Under the pieces are notes generated by a model. The model was not told the DNA's origin. It saw only the letters and a program-made list of their open reading frames with translations, and did not search any database. Positions 8,206 through 18,204 of a DNA stretch of 32,000 nucleotides are shown piece by piece. Origin of the DNA: Candidatus Paracaedimonas acanthamoebae (lineage in GTDB: Bacteria; Pseudomonadota; Alphaproteobacteria; Caedimonadales; Caedimonadaceae). The number at the start of each line of letters is the position of its first letter. The first letter of the stretch is position 1. A program made the translations under genes and the position numbers. The DNA is taken from positions 1,260,001 to 1,292,000 of the forward strand of contig CP008936.1 in the NCBI GenBank assembly GCA_000743035.1, written 5' to 3'.

Positions 8206-8775
8206 ATGTATAAAAATCTTTTCCTTGCAGTTCTTTTTGAAGATAAGCTTAAAGAAAAATTAGCGCATAACCTTCGTCTTGAAGCTTCTTTAGAGGAAGT
8301 CATTTATGCCCCCAAACAAAATTTACATTTGACTTTAGGTTTTATTCGTAACGTTGCCCCTCAGGATCGAGCCCTTCTGAAAAATGCTTTTGATGCCATT
8401 CAATTCATATCTATTTTTAAAGGATATGCTCAAACAAGTGTCATTCTTGGGAATAGCAATAGCTTGTGTATTAGAGCTGGTCCCTTCGAAAAATTATCTG
8501 AAATCCGTATTGCATCCCAAAAACTGTTATTACAAAATTCACACTCTAAATATGATTTTAATGCCTCGTTTGATTATCTACCTCACATTAAGATTCAATC
8601 GCTACGCTCTTATCTTCCTATAGAACGACGCACATCTCTTTTAGAAGAATTCTCAAGGAAATGCGAGCGTCGCATAGAATTTACAATCATGTCTCTTGCG
8701 CTCATGGAGCGACAAGGAGAATTTTACCATATTGTAAAAAAATATTTTCTAGAAGATTCTCCAACAACTTATTGA
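8206..8775 (+). CDS. 2H-phosphoesterase / 2'-5' RNA ligase (LigT)-like protein
   Basis: 189 aa. First H-x-T-x motif in NLHLTLGFI. The second motif position reads LPHIKIQS (H-x-K-x rather than H-x-T/S-x). Size and motif spacing fit LigT-like proteins. The assignment is tentative. Confidence 0.4.
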   Translation: MYKNLFLAVLFEDKLKEKLAHNLRLEASLEEVIYAPKQNLHLTLGFIRNVAPQDRALLKNAFDAIQFISIFKGYAQTSVILGNSNSLCIRAGPFEKLSEIRIASQKLLLQNSHSKYDFNASFDYLPHIKIQSLRSYLPIERRTSLLEEFSRKCERRIEFTIMSLALMERQGEFYHIVKKYFLEDSPTTY

Positions 8776-8806
8776 ATTTTGAAAACCTCAAAGTGAAAAT
8801 GAGGGG

Positions 8807-10138
8807 TTATAAAAGATGCGATTTACTTAAGGCTCTTGCTTGTTGCTGTTCAACATTTTCTATACTAAAGTCTTTAATAAGCTCTTGATATAGTTGATGC
8901 CAATTCAATTCTGCTTTTAGGTGCATAAAGACCGAACCAATACCAACAGCAGCTCTATCCATAAAAACAAACTCTCGAGGAGGGCAGACCCCCCCTAACT
9001 CTCGTAACTTTGTATGAACTTGATAGGCAATCTCCCTACCATAGGTACCCCTATTATCAGTTTGAATGGGACGAACACGATCTTCAAGTAAAGGTTCATA
9101 TAAAAGCTTTGCCCAGAGGTTAAGGACTTCTATAAGTTCTTTAGATAAATTTTTAAACCCCCAACTTTCGTAAGCTGACACTGCTAAATCTATATCTTGC
9201 CGAAGCATGGCATAATAAAGATCAATAACACCTTTCACAAAAGGTGCCGGAAATTTTCGTACACACCCAAAATCGAGTAGATTAAGGATACCATCTGAAG
9301 CAAATGTATAATTTCCAAGATGAGGATCACCATGAATCACTCCATAATGGTAAAAAGGCTTATACCATGCTCGAAAAACATTTTGTGCGAGGCGATTGCA
9401 GTCTTCTTGAGAGAGATTTAGAAGCGCTTTCAGGGGGTTACCTTCAAGCCATGTCATTGTTAAAAGGCGTTTAGTCGAAAGATGTGGAACAACTTCAGGA
9501 AGGCGAATTGAAGGTTCATCTCCTAAGATATATTGATAAAGGGCAATATGTTTTGCCTCCAACTCGTAATCAAGCTCTTCCCATAAACGTGCTTTAATTT
9601 CCTCATAAATTTCTTGTGTTTTAAGAGCTTTTAAAGAGGCTTCATAAAGAGAAAGAATTAGCTTCAATTGAGTTAAATCGGCTTCCACAATCGAGTTCAT
9701 ATCAGGGTACTGAAGCTTGCATGCAAGTATTTTCCCTTCTTTACTTTCAGCCTTATGAACTTGACCAAGTGATGCAGCGAAAGTTGCTTCATGTTGAAAA
9801 TTTTTAAATTTACCTTGCCAATTTTGTCCCAATTCAGCTGTCATTCGCCGCCTTACAAAAGGCCACCCCATAGCAGGAGCATTTGCCTGAAGCTGTAAAA
9901 ATTTAGTTGTATATTCTGAAGGAATACTATCAGGAATTGATGCTAGCATCTGGGCAATCTTCATCACTGGCCCTTTCAGAGACCCAAGTGCATGGGTTAG
10001 ATCGTGAGCCAGAGATTCATGATCAACCGAAAGGCCAAAATAGCGTTCACCGACTAGACGCATAGCAGCACTACTCATTGCTGTTGAAACATGAGCATAT
10101 CGTTTCAAACGGCCCGAAAAGGTGCTATCATCCTGCAA
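8807..10138 (-). CDS. ABC1/UbiB-family atypical protein kinase
   Basis: 443 aa. KIAQMLASIPD...P, AASLGQVHKA (the Ala-rich-loop/VxK equivalent), HGDPHLGNY and LLDFG are ABC1/ADCK/UbiB signatures. TTG start with a GAGG SD 8 nt upstream, one codon after the pyk stop. Confidence 0.8.
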   Translation of the reverse strand: MQDDSTFSGRLKRYAHVSTAMSSAAMRLVGERYFGLSVDHESLAHDLTHALGSLKGPVMKIAQMLASIPDSIPSEYTTKFLQLQANAPAMGWPFVRRRMTAELGQNWQGKFKNFQHEATFAASLGQVHKAESKEGKILACKLQYPDMNSIVEADLTQLKLILSLYEASLKALKTQEIYEEIKARLWEELDYELEAKHIALYQYILGDEPSIRLPEVVPHLSTKRLLTMTWLEGNPLKALLNLSQEDCNRLAQNVFRAWYKPFYHYGVIHGDPHLGNYTFASDGILNLLDFGCVRKFPAPFVKGVIDLYYAMLRQDIDLAVSAYESWGFKNLSKELIEVLNLWAKLLYEPLLEDRVRPIQTDNRGTYGREIAYQVHTKLRELGGVCPPREFVFMDRAAVGIGSVFMHLKAELNWHQLYQELIKDFSIENVEQQQARALSKSHLL

Positions 10139-10141
10139 GAT

Positions 10142-11587
10142 CTATACCTCACCCACGGCTATAATGCTTAATACACGCGTCGTCCCCGAATAAAAAACGC
10201 GGGGAGCATCTGACTGCGAGAAATCTCCTCCAATCGTTAGGACTAAGTTATCTCCTATCTGCGCAAATCCATTTTGCATAGCAAGATGCGAAACACGTGG
10301 ATCTATTTCCATAATAGAATCAAAATCTTGCATTTCTATAGGATGAGTTCCCCATACAAGAGAAAGGCGACGTGCCACCTGATGATTAGGGGTTAACGCT
10401 AAAATAGGTGTTTGAGGCCGCTCTCTTGCTGCTCGCAAAGTGGTAGATCCCGAAGTCGTCAATGTCACAATAGCAGATGCCGAAATAGTCTCAGAAACTT
10501 GCCGTGCAGCAGCCGTAATTGCATCTGCAGATGTTGCCTGCCATGGTGTTCTACTATCTCTTAAATGTTGATAATAATAAGGATCTCTTTCAACTGACTC
10601 TATGATGCGATTCATCATAGAAACTGATTCTTGAGCGTAAGATCCAGAGGCTGACTCTGCAGAGAGCATAACCGCATCAACTCCATCATAAACAGCTGTT
10701 GCCACATCCGAAGCTTCAGCTCTCGTCGGCGTTGGAAGGTGTACCATGGAATCAAGCATTTGGGTAGCCACGATAACTGGTTTGCCAGTCATGCGACAGG
10801 CGCGTATAATTTTCTTTTGTAGATTAGGTACTTCCTCAGGCAGCATCTCAACACCAAGGTCACCTCGTGCGACCATAATCCCATCCGCAACTGAAACAAT
10901 TTCGTTAAGATGCTCAATGGCCATGGGCTTCTCAAGTTTAGCAATAACGCTTGCTTGATTGCCTATAATGGACTTTACTTCCGTCACATCTTCTGCTCTT
11001 TGGACGAAAGACAAAGCAACCCAATCTACCCCCATCTCCAGGCCAAATGCTAAGTCTCTATGGTCTTTTTCAGTCAATGCTGAAATTGGTAAAGTGACAC
11101 CAGGAACATTAACTCCTTTAGAATTGGACAAAGGACCACCAATGATAACTGTCGTCTCTGCAAAATCGGGGCCATAGTTTTGTACTTTAAGGCGTAATTT
11201 ACCATCATCAAGTAAAAGATCGGTTTCCTTCTGAAGAGCAGAAAAAATTTCTGGGTGAGGCAGATTGACTCGCGTAGAGTCACCTGGTGTAGGGTCAAGA
11301 TCAAATCTGAAATGGTCGCCAGCTTTAAGCTCAATTTTACCTTCTTTAAAGGCCCCCACTCGTAATTTAGGCCCTTGTAAATCTTGTAGAATACCGATAG
11401 GGCGTCCGTATTTTGTTTCTAATGCACGAATAATCTTATAATTTTTGAGATGAGTCTCATGTGTTCCATGCGAGAAGTTAAGACGAAAGACATCTACACC
11501 TTTAAGAAAAAGTTGCTCAATTACTTCTTGAGAAGAACTTACCGGACCAAGGGTTGCAACTATTTTTGTTGCACGATAGCGACGCAT
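10142..11587 (-). CDS. pyk: pyruvate kinase
   Basis: 481 aa. KIVATLGP, RLNFSHG, MVARGDLGVE and ATQMLDSM are all canonical pyruvate kinase motifs. Confidence 0.95.
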   Translation of the reverse strand: MRRYRATKIVATLGPVSSSQEVIEQLFLKGVDVFRLNFSHGTHETHLKNYKIIRALETKYGRPIGILQDLQGPKLRVGAFKEGKIELKAGDHFRFDLDPTPGDSTRVNLPHPEIFSALQKETDLLLDDGKLRLKVQNYGPDFAETTVIIGGPLSNSKGVNVPGVTLPISALTEKDHRDLAFGLEMGVDWVALSFVQRAEDVTEVKSIIGNQASVIAKLEKPMAIEHLNEIVSVADGIMVARGDLGVEMLPEEVPNLQKKIIRACRMTGKPVIVATQMLDSMVHLPTPTRAEASDVATAVYDGVDAVMLSAESASGSYAQESVSMMNRIIESVERDPYYYQHLRDSRTPWQATSADAITAAARQVSETISASAIVTLTTSGSTTLRAARERPQTPILALTPNHQVARRLSLVWGTHPIEMQDFDSIMEIDPRVSHLAMQNGFAQIGDNLVLTIGGDFSQSDAPRVFYSGTTRVLSIIAVGEV

Positions 11588-11596
11588 ATGAGTTCC

Positions 11597-12505
11597 TTAA
11601 TTTTGAATTGATAATTTTTTTTCATTCTCTCGAGCAATCACAAGCCCAATAAGAATAATGATTCCACCTAGAATTTTTATCAAAGTTAGCTCTTCTGAGA
11701 ACAAGTACCAGGCAATAATAGTAGACACAATAGGGGAGATCATTAAGGCAACTGAAGAAAAAGCCGCCGTTAGATGCCCCATCCCGTAAGCCACAAAACC
11801 TTGACCAAGAACATGGACAATGATTGCAAGTCCAATAATAGGCAACCAATCTTGATAGTGTGTGGGCAAGAAATGATCCTCATAAATTCCCATCATCAAC
11901 GCCAGAGTATACATACTCGCAAGCCCAGACCATGTCATAATTGTCGCCGCGCTGAAATGTTGCCGTAACTGCTTAACGGCCAGCACATATCCTGCATAGA
12001 AACCCGCAGAAATTAAAGCCTGACTATCTCCCAGAAGCTGAGAAACATGTGTGTCATCTCGGTCTCCAACAAGAAGAGCGGCCCCTAATGTTGCGAGCAA
12101 AATTCCGATAACAGTTGCTCTTCCTAGCTTTACTCGTAATACAAGCCAAGAAATGGTGGCAACAAAAATAGACGTTAAATTATTTAAAAGGGTTGCATTG
12201 GCAACTGATGTTTTATGAAGAGACCAATGCCAAAAAGCAATATCGAGAGCTAAAAAAGCGCCGGCTGAGATTAATAAGAAATATTCTCTCTTGGTTCGAG
12301 GCGCTTTAGATTGAATGTCTTGATTATGGTCAAACAGCATCCAACTAAATAAAAATGGAAAAGCTAAAAAGAAACGAAAAAAACCTGTTGAGAGGGGGTC
12401 AATCGTACTTAACCGAACAAAGATTGGTGAAAATCCAAGAAGTGCTGCACCTATAATCGTTAAACTAACAGCTATGGCCTTTTCCCGCGTAGAAGCATCA
12501 CGCAT
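11597..12505 (-). CDS. DMT-superfamily (EamA-like) transporter
   Basis: 302 aa with about 10 predicted TM helices in a two-EamA-repeat arrangement. Substrate not inferable. Confidence 0.7.
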   Translation of the reverse strand: MRDASTREKAIAVSLTIIGAALLGFSPIFVRLSTIDPLSTGFFRFFLAFPFLFSWMLFDHNQDIQSKAPRTKREYFLLISAGAFLALDIAFWHWSLHKTSVANATLLNNLTSIFVATISWLVLRVKLGRATVIGILLATLGAALLVGDRDDTHVSQLLGDSQALISAGFYAGYVLAVKQLRQHFSAATIMTWSGLASMYTLALMMGIYEDHFLPTHYQDWLPIIGLAIIVHVLGQGFVAYGMGHLTAAFSSVALMISPIVSTIIAWYLFSEELTLIKILGGIIILIGLVIARENEKKLSIQN

Positions 12506-12625
12506 TTTATTTTTCTTTCTTCATAGAATTTAAAGGAGTATCCCATTAAAATTAGAAATTAAATCTTTTAGCTAGGACTCGTCAATTTAGAAAAAAGAGT
12601 AAATACATCCTTTTTCAATTTTAAA

Positions 12626-13324
12626 TTAATTTAAGACCCCTTTATCCACAATTTGATCCAGCAAGAGATACATGTATTGATGAATGTCTTCCAAGCTTTG
12701 ATTCATAAGTATTTCTGGACTTTGAACAAATTTTCCAGCTCTTAAATCATCGGGGCATGCTTTAATTAACTCTGCTATCCCTTGTTGAGTAATTTCCATA
12801 TGAAATTGGAATCCATAAACACGGGCCCCGTACCGAATAGCCTGACGAGGACACCCTTCACTAAAAGCAAGCAGCTGAGCATCCTTTGTGAGTCCAGGCA
12901 TATCGTTATGCCAATGAATAACATTAAATGTTTTAGGAAACCTTTTAAAGAGATCATCTTTCAGACCTTCTGGCGTCAATGAAACAGGATGAATACCAAT
13001 TTCTTTTTCAGGGCTTCGTTCTGTCTTGCCTCCTAAGGCTTCACCAATGAGTTGAGCCCCTAAACAAAAACCCAACACTATTTTCTCTGTTTGAATAGCT
13101 TTATTAATTAATTCAATTTCATCTTTAAGGTAGGGTGCCTCCTCAAGATCAAGAGGACTTTGAGGTCCTCCCATTACAATGAGGAAATCAAATTCTTCGG
13201 TAGTTGGCAAAAGTTGAGCTTGATACGGTTTGAAAATACTAAGTTTATGTTTTTTATCCCGAGCCCAAACTTCAATGACACCCGGTGTTTCAAAATCGGC
13301 ATGCATAATGACAGAAATTCGCAT
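12626..13324 (-). CDS. class I (type 1) glutamine amidotransferase-like protein
   Basis: 232 aa. Nucleophile elbow GFCLGAQL and a C-terminal FQFHME (His-x-Glu) triad, as in GuaA-type GATase domains. Confidence 0.75.
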   Translation of the reverse strand: MRISVIMHADFETPGVIEVWARDKKHKLSIFKPYQAQLLPTTEEFDFLIVMGGPQSPLDLEEAPYLKDEIELINKAIQTEKIVLGFCLGAQLIGEALGGKTERSPEKEIGIHPVSLTPEGLKDDLFKRFPKTFNVIHWHNDMPGLTKDAQLLAFSEGCPRQAIRYGARVYGFQFHMEITQQGIAELIKACPDDLRAGKFVQSPEILMNQSLEDIHQYMYLLLDQIVDKGVLN

Positions 13325-13340
13325 CTTTTAATTCTTCCCT

Positions 13341-13374
13341 AAAAAAAAAGGAACTTAAAAAAGTTCCTTTTTTT
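13341..13374 (-). terminator. bidirectional rho-independent terminator downstream of rpsD
   Basis: A9-GGAACTT-AAAA-AAGTTCC-T7. The AAAGGAACTT/AAGTTCCTTT stem has an A-run on one side and a T-run on the other. It lies 22 nt after the rpsD stop. Confidence 0.7.
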
Positions 13375-13395
13375 GGTAATTTTTTTGCGTTCCTA

Positions 13396-14010
13396 CTAAC
13401 GAGAATAGAACTCAATAACAAGGTTTGGTTCCATCTGAACCGGATAAGGAACATCAGCAAGCTGAGGTCCTCGTACAAATGTTCCCTTAAGCGCATTGGT
13501 ATCAACTTGAATATAATCAGGCGTTTCTCTTTCTTGAGAATTCACTGATTCTTGAACTAACGCCATTTGTTTTGAGCTATCCTTGACTTCAATAACATCG
13601 CCATCCTTCACTTGATAAGACGCAATATTAACGCGACGACCATTCACTTTGACATGACCATGATTCACAAACTGACGAGCAGCAAAAGGTGTCGGAACAA
13701 ACTTCATCCGATAGACAACCGCATCAAGTCGCCTTTCTAAAAGTTCAACAAGGTTTTCACCCGTATCACCACGACGACGAATTGCTTCTTCGAAAAGACG
13801 ACGGAATTGACGTTCACCAATATTACCGTAATATCCTTTCAAACGTTGCTTTGCAGCTAATTGCAAACCATAATCTTTTGGCTTGCTTTTATTTTGGCCA
13901 TGTTGGCCTGGGCCATAGGCACGTGAATTTACTGGACTCTTAGGACGGCCCCATAGGTTAACTCCTAAACGACGGTCAATTTTGTACTTAGAATTTAAAC
14001 GTTTTGTCAT
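13396..14010 (-). CDS. rpsD: 30S ribosomal protein S4
   Basis: 204 aa. [26 protein letters not shown]...[16 protein letters not shown]...[11 protein letters not shown]...[24 protein letters not shown] is unmistakably S4. Confidence 0.95.
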   Translation of the reverse strand: MTKRLNSKYKIDRRLGVNLWGRPKSPVNSRAYGPGQHGQNKSKPKDYGLQLAAKQRLKGYYGNIGERQFRRLFEEAIRRRGDTGENLVELLERRLDAVVYRMKFVPTPFAARQFVNHGHVKVNGRRVNIASYQVKDGDVIEVKDSSKQMALVQESVNSQERETPDYIQVDTNALKGTFVRGPQLADVPYPVQMEPNLVIEFYSR

Positions 14011-14068
14011 ACTTTACATTACTCTATCAAAGGACAAGAAAGGTTTTAAAAATATACTGCTGCTTTGA

Positions 14069-14096
14069 GATATACTGGATTCCCCCCTGTTGTCAA
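14069..14096 (-). promoter_or_regulatory. sigma70-like promoter for rpsD (TTGACA-16 nt-TATATC on the minus strand)
   Basis: The -35 TTGACA is the complement of 14091-14096, and the -10 TATATC is the complement of 14069-14074. This places the promoter about 60 nt upstream of the rpsD ATG. Confidence 0.4.
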
Positions 14097-14136
14097 TTCG
14101 ATTATTAAAAAATGTTTATAATCGTGAACTCCAACC

Positions 14137-14919
14137 TTAAGTTTTATTCTCTTTTTCACATTTTTGAAGTCTTCGTTTTGTCATTCTTGCTCTTTCACCT
14201 TGGGGATCAGAAAGATCCGACACAATTCCTCTTAAGGTCCGAACCTCTTGAGAAGTCAAAGGAACCCTAGAAAACATATTATGAATTGTCCGAAGCATTT
14301 TAGGCTTTTTATGATCGGCTCTAAAATAACCAGAAAGATCCAGCTCTCCCTCAAGTTGGTTTAAAAATCCCATTAATTCTTCACGGGTGGCTAAAGAGGC
14401 CTCTCCTTTTTTCAAGGTCATCTCAGGGAATTTGGCTTTGGCTTGATACCACTCATAGGCGATCAAAAGGACAGCTTGGGCCAGATTAAGTGAGCTAAAC
14501 TCGGGATTAACTGGCACATAAATGTTTCCTTCACACAAAGCGACATCTTCATTATCAAGCCCTGCTCGCTCAGGCCCAAAAAGCACACCTATGTGATGAT
14601 TTTCTTGGACCATCTCTACAAAAAGGTCTGCTGCTTTCTTTGGCGTTAGCTGAAGCTCGACCATATCTCGATGCCGGGCACTTGTTGAGAAAACACGATG
14701 CAAATCCGCAATAGCTTCGCTGGTTGAATTAAATATTTTTGCTTGCTCTAGAACTTCATCGGCGCCTGCTGCCAACGCTCGCGCATCACGATGGCAAGGA
14801 TCAACAAGAGGCCTGACAAGCCTAAGATCTCTCAATTCACAATTCAGCATCGCACGAGCCGCCTTCCCAATATTTTGAGGAATCTGAGACTCAACGAGGA
14901 TAATGACTGGACCTATCAT
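14137..14919 (-). CDS. trmJ: tRNA (cytidine/uridine-2'-O-)-methyltransferase TrmJ (SpoU/TrmH class)
   Basis: 260 aa. IILVESQIPQNIGKAARAMLN...LRLVRP, VLFGPERAGL, PEFSSLNLAQAV and the C-terminal ...MFSRVPLTSQEVRTLRGIVSDL parallel E. coli TrmJ along the full length. The ATGA start overlaps the dapB stop by 4 nt. Confidence 0.8.
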   Translation of the reverse strand: MIGPVIILVESQIPQNIGKAARAMLNCELRDLRLVRPLVDPCHRDARALAAGADEVLEQAKIFNSTSEAIADLHRVFSTSARHRDMVELQLTPKKAADLFVEMVQENHHIGVLFGPERAGLDNEDVALCEGNIYVPVNPEFSSLNLAQAVLLIAYEWYQAKAKFPEMTLKKGEASLATREELMGFLNQLEGELDLSGYFRADHKKPKMLRTIHNMFSRVPLTSQEVRTLRGIVSDLSDPQGERARMTKRRLQKCEKENKT

Positions 14920-15743
14920 GACACGGTATTTTTCTCTGAGGATGTTAAAATATCGGAAAATTTATAATAGCCTGGCTTCTGATTTGCAAGCCATAGAGCC
15001 GCCCTCAAAGCACCTTTTGCATACAATTCTCGTTTTAAAGCACGATGAGAAAACTCAACAACCTCTTCATCTGAGGCGAATATAACTGAGTGATCGCCAA
15101 TCACACTGCCACCTCGCAAGACAGCAAAGCCTATCTCATTTTCATGACGAGATTGACGTTGACGGGTTCGATCATAGATGGCTTTCTCTTGAAGTGTGAG
15201 ATTTCGACCTTCTGCGGCTGCCCTTGCCAAGGCTAAAGCCGTTCCAGATGGCGCATCTTGCTTATGACGGTGATGCATTTCAAGCAACTCAACATCAAAA
15301 GCAACGCCCAACTTTTTCGAGGCCTCTTTCACCATCTCCATCAGCAAATTAATCCCCAAGCTAAAATTCGCAGAGTAGAGAATTGGAATGGTAAGCGAAG
15401 CTTTTTCTAACATTTGGAACTGCTCTTTTGATAAGCCTGTCGTTCCAATCACGAGACCAATTTTCTCTCGCAGCGCAACATCAAGGTGTGTTTGAAGCGT
15501 TTCTGGCGCTGTAAAGTCAATGATCACTTGAGCATCCTTAAAAGCCCCAGCTACATTTGAGGTTAAAATAATATCCTCAGGTGCATTTGAAAAAAGCCTT
15601 GTAAGCGGTTCCTCATTTAAAGGACTTGTGCACGAAACCGTAGCGCCCGAAAGTGTTGTCTGAGATGACGCAAGAACTTGCTGAATAATCAGCTGCCCCA
15701 TACGTCCAGAAGCGCCAGCCACGGCAATATGAATGTTATCCAT
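14916..15743 (-). CDS. dapB: 4-hydroxy-tetrahydrodipicolinate reductase
   Basis: 275 aa. N-terminal IAVAGASGRMG Rossmann motif, VIGTTG, E-x-HH-x-x-K-x-DAPSGTA (LEMHHRHKQDAPSGTAL) and AKGAL. Confidence 0.9.
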   Translation of the reverse strand: MDNIHIAVAGASGRMGQLIIQQVLASSQTTLSGATVSCTSPLNEEPLTRLFSNAPEDIILTSNVAGAFKDAQVIIDFTAPETLQTHLDVALREKIGLVIGTTGLSKEQFQMLEKASLTIPILYSANFSLGINLLMEMVKEASKKLGVAFDVELLEMHHRHKQDAPSGTALALARAAAEGRNLTLQEKAIYDRTRQRQSRHENEIGFAVLRGGSVIGDHSVIFASDEEVVEFSHRALKRELYAKGALRAALWLANQKPGYYKFSDILTSSEKNTVS

Positions 15744-15790
15744 TATTTTTTACCTTTTATTTCCTAAAGAAAGATTAAATCTTTTTTTCT

Positions 15791-17413
15791 TCACATGTTG
15801 GGATAGCGAGGTCCATCCCCCCCTTCTGGGGGTACCCAATTAATATTTTGCAATGGATCTTTAATATCGCATGCTTTGCAATGAACGCAATTTTGCGCAT
15901 TAATATGAAGCTTCTGTTCTCTTGAGGCACCTTGAACAATTTCATATACACCCGCAGGACAATACCGTTGTTCAGGGGCCGCATAATTTGCAAGATTATA
16001 AGAAATAGGAATCTCAGAATCTTTCAATTGCAAATGACACGGCTGATCTTCAGCATGATTCGTATTGGAAAGATAAACAGATGACATTTTATCAAAAGAA
16101 ATAACTCCGTCAGGTTTTGGATACGAAATAGGGATGCATTTCTTTGCTTTCTTTAACGAATGATGATCCTCACGATGTTTTAAGGTCCATGGAAATTTTC
16201 CGCGCGATATCGTCTCAAAAACCGCATTTACTAAACCTGCCCATAACCCCTTTTGAAAACCAGGTCGTATATTGCGAACAGGTTTTAGTTCTTCAGCAAT
16301 CCAACTCTTTCGAATCGCTTGATCAAGGATTCCTTCCTCAGGCTCTACCCCTTGACTTAAGGCATCAAAAATCACTTCAGCCGCAATCATCCCTGACTTC
16401 ATTGCTGTATGTGTGCCTTTAATCTTAGGCACATTCAAGAAGCCTGCAGCACATCCAACCAATGAGCCTCCACGAAAACTCAATCGAGGGATTGACTGCC
16501 ACCCACCTTCATTCAAGGCTCGCGCCCCATAAGAAATGCGTCGCCCACCTTCCAAAAGTGATTTAACAGCAGGATGATGCTTAAAGCGTTGAAATTCATC
16601 ATAAGGACTCAGATAGGGATTTTCATAATCCAACCCAATCACAAACCCAATAGCCAGCTGCTGGTTTTCCAAATGATATATAAAAGACCCACCATATGTT
16701 TGTGAATCAAGAGGCCAACCAAGGGTATGGACCACCAAACCTTGTTGATGCTTCTCAGGCTTAATCTCCCAAAGTTCTTTAATGCCAAGACCATACGTCT
16801 GCGGTTGGCACTCTCTGTTCAAATGAAATCTCTCAAAAAGCTCTTTGCTTAATGATCCTCGACATCCTTCTGCAAAGACAACATGACGTGCCAAAATTTG
16901 AACGCCTGGCTCATAAGAATCTTTTTGGCGTCCCTCGACATCAAGGCCTCTTGGCGTTGTTTCCACACCAATCACCTTCCCACGATCATTATACAGCGTC
17001 TTACCAACAGAAAATCCAGGATAAATCTCAACCCCTAAGGCCTCAGCTTGTCCAGCAAGCCAGCGGCAAAAATTCCCTAAACTAATAATATAATTTCCAT
17101 GATTTTTCATGGGGGGCGGCGTCGGTAGTCGAAAGGATTTTTTTTCAGTGAGAAAAAGAAATTTATCTTGCTGCACCAGCGTTTCTAATGGAGCGCCTTT
17201 TTCCTTCCATTCAGGAATAAGTTCGTTCAACGCGCGCGGCTCAAGAACTGCTCCCGAGAGGATATGCGCTCCTACCTCGGCTCCTTTCTCAAGAACACAA
17301 ATACTTAATTCATGAGATTTCTCGGCGCACAGCTGTTTCAACCGAATGGCTGCCGATAGACCAGCAGGTCCAGCCCCCACAATCACAACATCAAAATTTA
17401 AAGCATCCCCCAT
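15791..17413 (-). CDS. electron-transfer flavoprotein:ubiquinone oxidoreductase (ETF-QO)
   Basis: Track ORF trimmed to the ATG at 17413, which has an AAGGAGA SD. FDVVIVGAGPAGLSAAIRL FAD motif and a C-terminal 4Fe-4S ferredoxin-like region (CPAGVYE...CVHCKACDIKDP...I.W..PEGG.GP.Y). Length and order match ETF-QO. Confidence 0.9.
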   Translation of the reverse strand: MGDALNFDVVIVGAGPAGLSAAIRLKQLCAEKSHELSICVLEKGAEVGAHILSGAVLEPRALNELIPEWKEKGAPLETLVQQDKFLFLTEKKSFRLPTPPPMKNHGNYIISLGNFCRWLAGQAEALGVEIYPGFSVGKTLYNDRGKVIGVETTPRGLDVEGRQKDSYEPGVQILARHVVFAEGCRGSLSKELFERFHLNRECQPQTYGLGIKELWEIKPEKHQQGLVVHTLGWPLDSQTYGGSFIYHLENQQLAIGFVIGLDYENPYLSPYDEFQRFKHHPAVKSLLEGGRRISYGARALNEGGWQSIPRLSFRGGSLVGCAAGFLNVPKIKGTHTAMKSGMIAAEVIFDALSQGVEPEEGILDQAIRKSWIAEELKPVRNIRPGFQKGLWAGLVNAVFETISRGKFPWTLKHREDHHSLKKAKKCIPISYPKPDGVISFDKMSSVYLSNTNHAEDQPCHLQLKDSEIPISYNLANYAAPEQRYCPAGVYEIVQGASREQKLHINAQNCVHCKACDIKDPLQNINWVPPEGGDGPRYPNM

Positions 17414-17640
17414 ATTTTTCTCCTTTTTATTATACTTCCAGTATAACACAAAACCATCATTGTGTCGACAAAATTATTAAAATTTTTGAATTATTTATTT
17501 TTTATTTTCAACCACTTATAACAATAAATGGTCGCGTTTTTTTGTAAAAAATAGGGCCATTTTCCTCTTCATAATATTCACTTAGAAGACAAATATTTTG
17601 CTTGATTTTCATTTCATAACCCAGTAAAGCTTGTGCCGAT

Positions 17641-17716
17641 GTCCCCATCGTCTAGAGGCCTAGGACACCGCCCTTTCACGGCGGCAACGCGGGTTCGAAT
17701 CCCGCTGGGGACGCCA
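17641..17716 (+). tRNA. tRNA-Glu (anticodon UUC), CCA encoded
   Basis: Hand-folded cloverleaf: acceptor GTCCCCA/TGGGGAC, anticodon stem CCGCC/GGCGG with loop CTTTCAC, T-arm GCGGG-TTCGAAT-CCCGC, then G-CCA and a T-run. Confidence 0.9.
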
Positions 17717-17751
17717 CTTTTTTTAGAATTCCTGTTAACCACACTCTCGCC

Positions 17752-18057
17752 TTATTTTGGGCTACTTTTTTGCTGAAGTTCCCGTTTCTTCCATTTTATT
17801 TGTGCGCTATCCAAGTGCTGTTGAGCCCGACTCTGAGTAACGTCATAAGATTGGCGACGACGCTCTTGTTTTTCTTTTTTCAACAAATCATTTGCACATT
17901 CCTCCATCTCTTGAGAGCCTTCTTTAAAACCAAACTCTCCACACCGAGCCTTATGACACTCAAGAAGCAGTGTCTCACAAGAACTCAAGAAAATACTGAT
18001 TGAAAGAAAAACAACCACTTGAGATAAAAAGAAAATTTTACCATTCAATTTCATCAT
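17752..18057 (-). CDS. hypothetical small lipoprotein/secreted protein
   Basis: Track ORF 17752..18093. I prefer the MMKLNGKIFFLSQVVVFLSISIFLSSC start (ATG 18057) because it gives a signal peptide with a lipobox-like LSSC. The C-terminal half is charged. No family recognised. Confidence 0.45.
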   Translation of the reverse strand: MMKLNGKIFFLSQVVVFLSISIFLSSCETLLLECHKARCGEFGFKEGSQEMEECANDLLKKEKQERRRQSYDVTQSRAQQHLDSAQIKWKKRELQQKSSPK

Positions 18058-18204
18058 TAGCTTACCATACTCCGCAATAACACTTCCAAGCATAAATGAG
18101 AATTATTTGTCCTTAAATCCCTTTATTTTAAAGAATGAATTATCAATTTGACGGATTTCTGTCGGAAGAGTACAAACACCTCATTGAGACTAATATAATG
18201 AAGC

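Noticed and set aside
10139-10144. A possible TAG read-through that would fuse pyruvate kinase to the in-frame UbiB-like kinase.
   Set aside because: A correctly spaced SD plus a TTG start explains the junction. The same layout occurs at ruvA/ruvB, which are never fused. Nothing in the sequence suggests a recoding signal.
10746-11334. Antisense and overlapping ORFs inside pyk (10746..10958, 10959..11177, 11074..11334). Similar shadow ORFs occur inside tlc (6822..7136, 6835..7116, 7592..7801), ETF-QO, petA/petB, the DMT transporter and the GATase gene.
   Set aside because: They lie entirely within genes that have unambiguous homology on the other strand or frame. They lack SDs and recognisable motifs, which is typical of shadow ORFs.
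12642-12650. A perfect DnaA-box consensus TTATCCACA.
   Set aside because: It is a single copy inside the 3' end of the glutamine amidotransferase coding sequence. The chance expectation for a 9-mer on both strands of 32 kb is about 0.2. There is no cluster of boxes or AT-rich unwinding element nearby, so it is not an origin.
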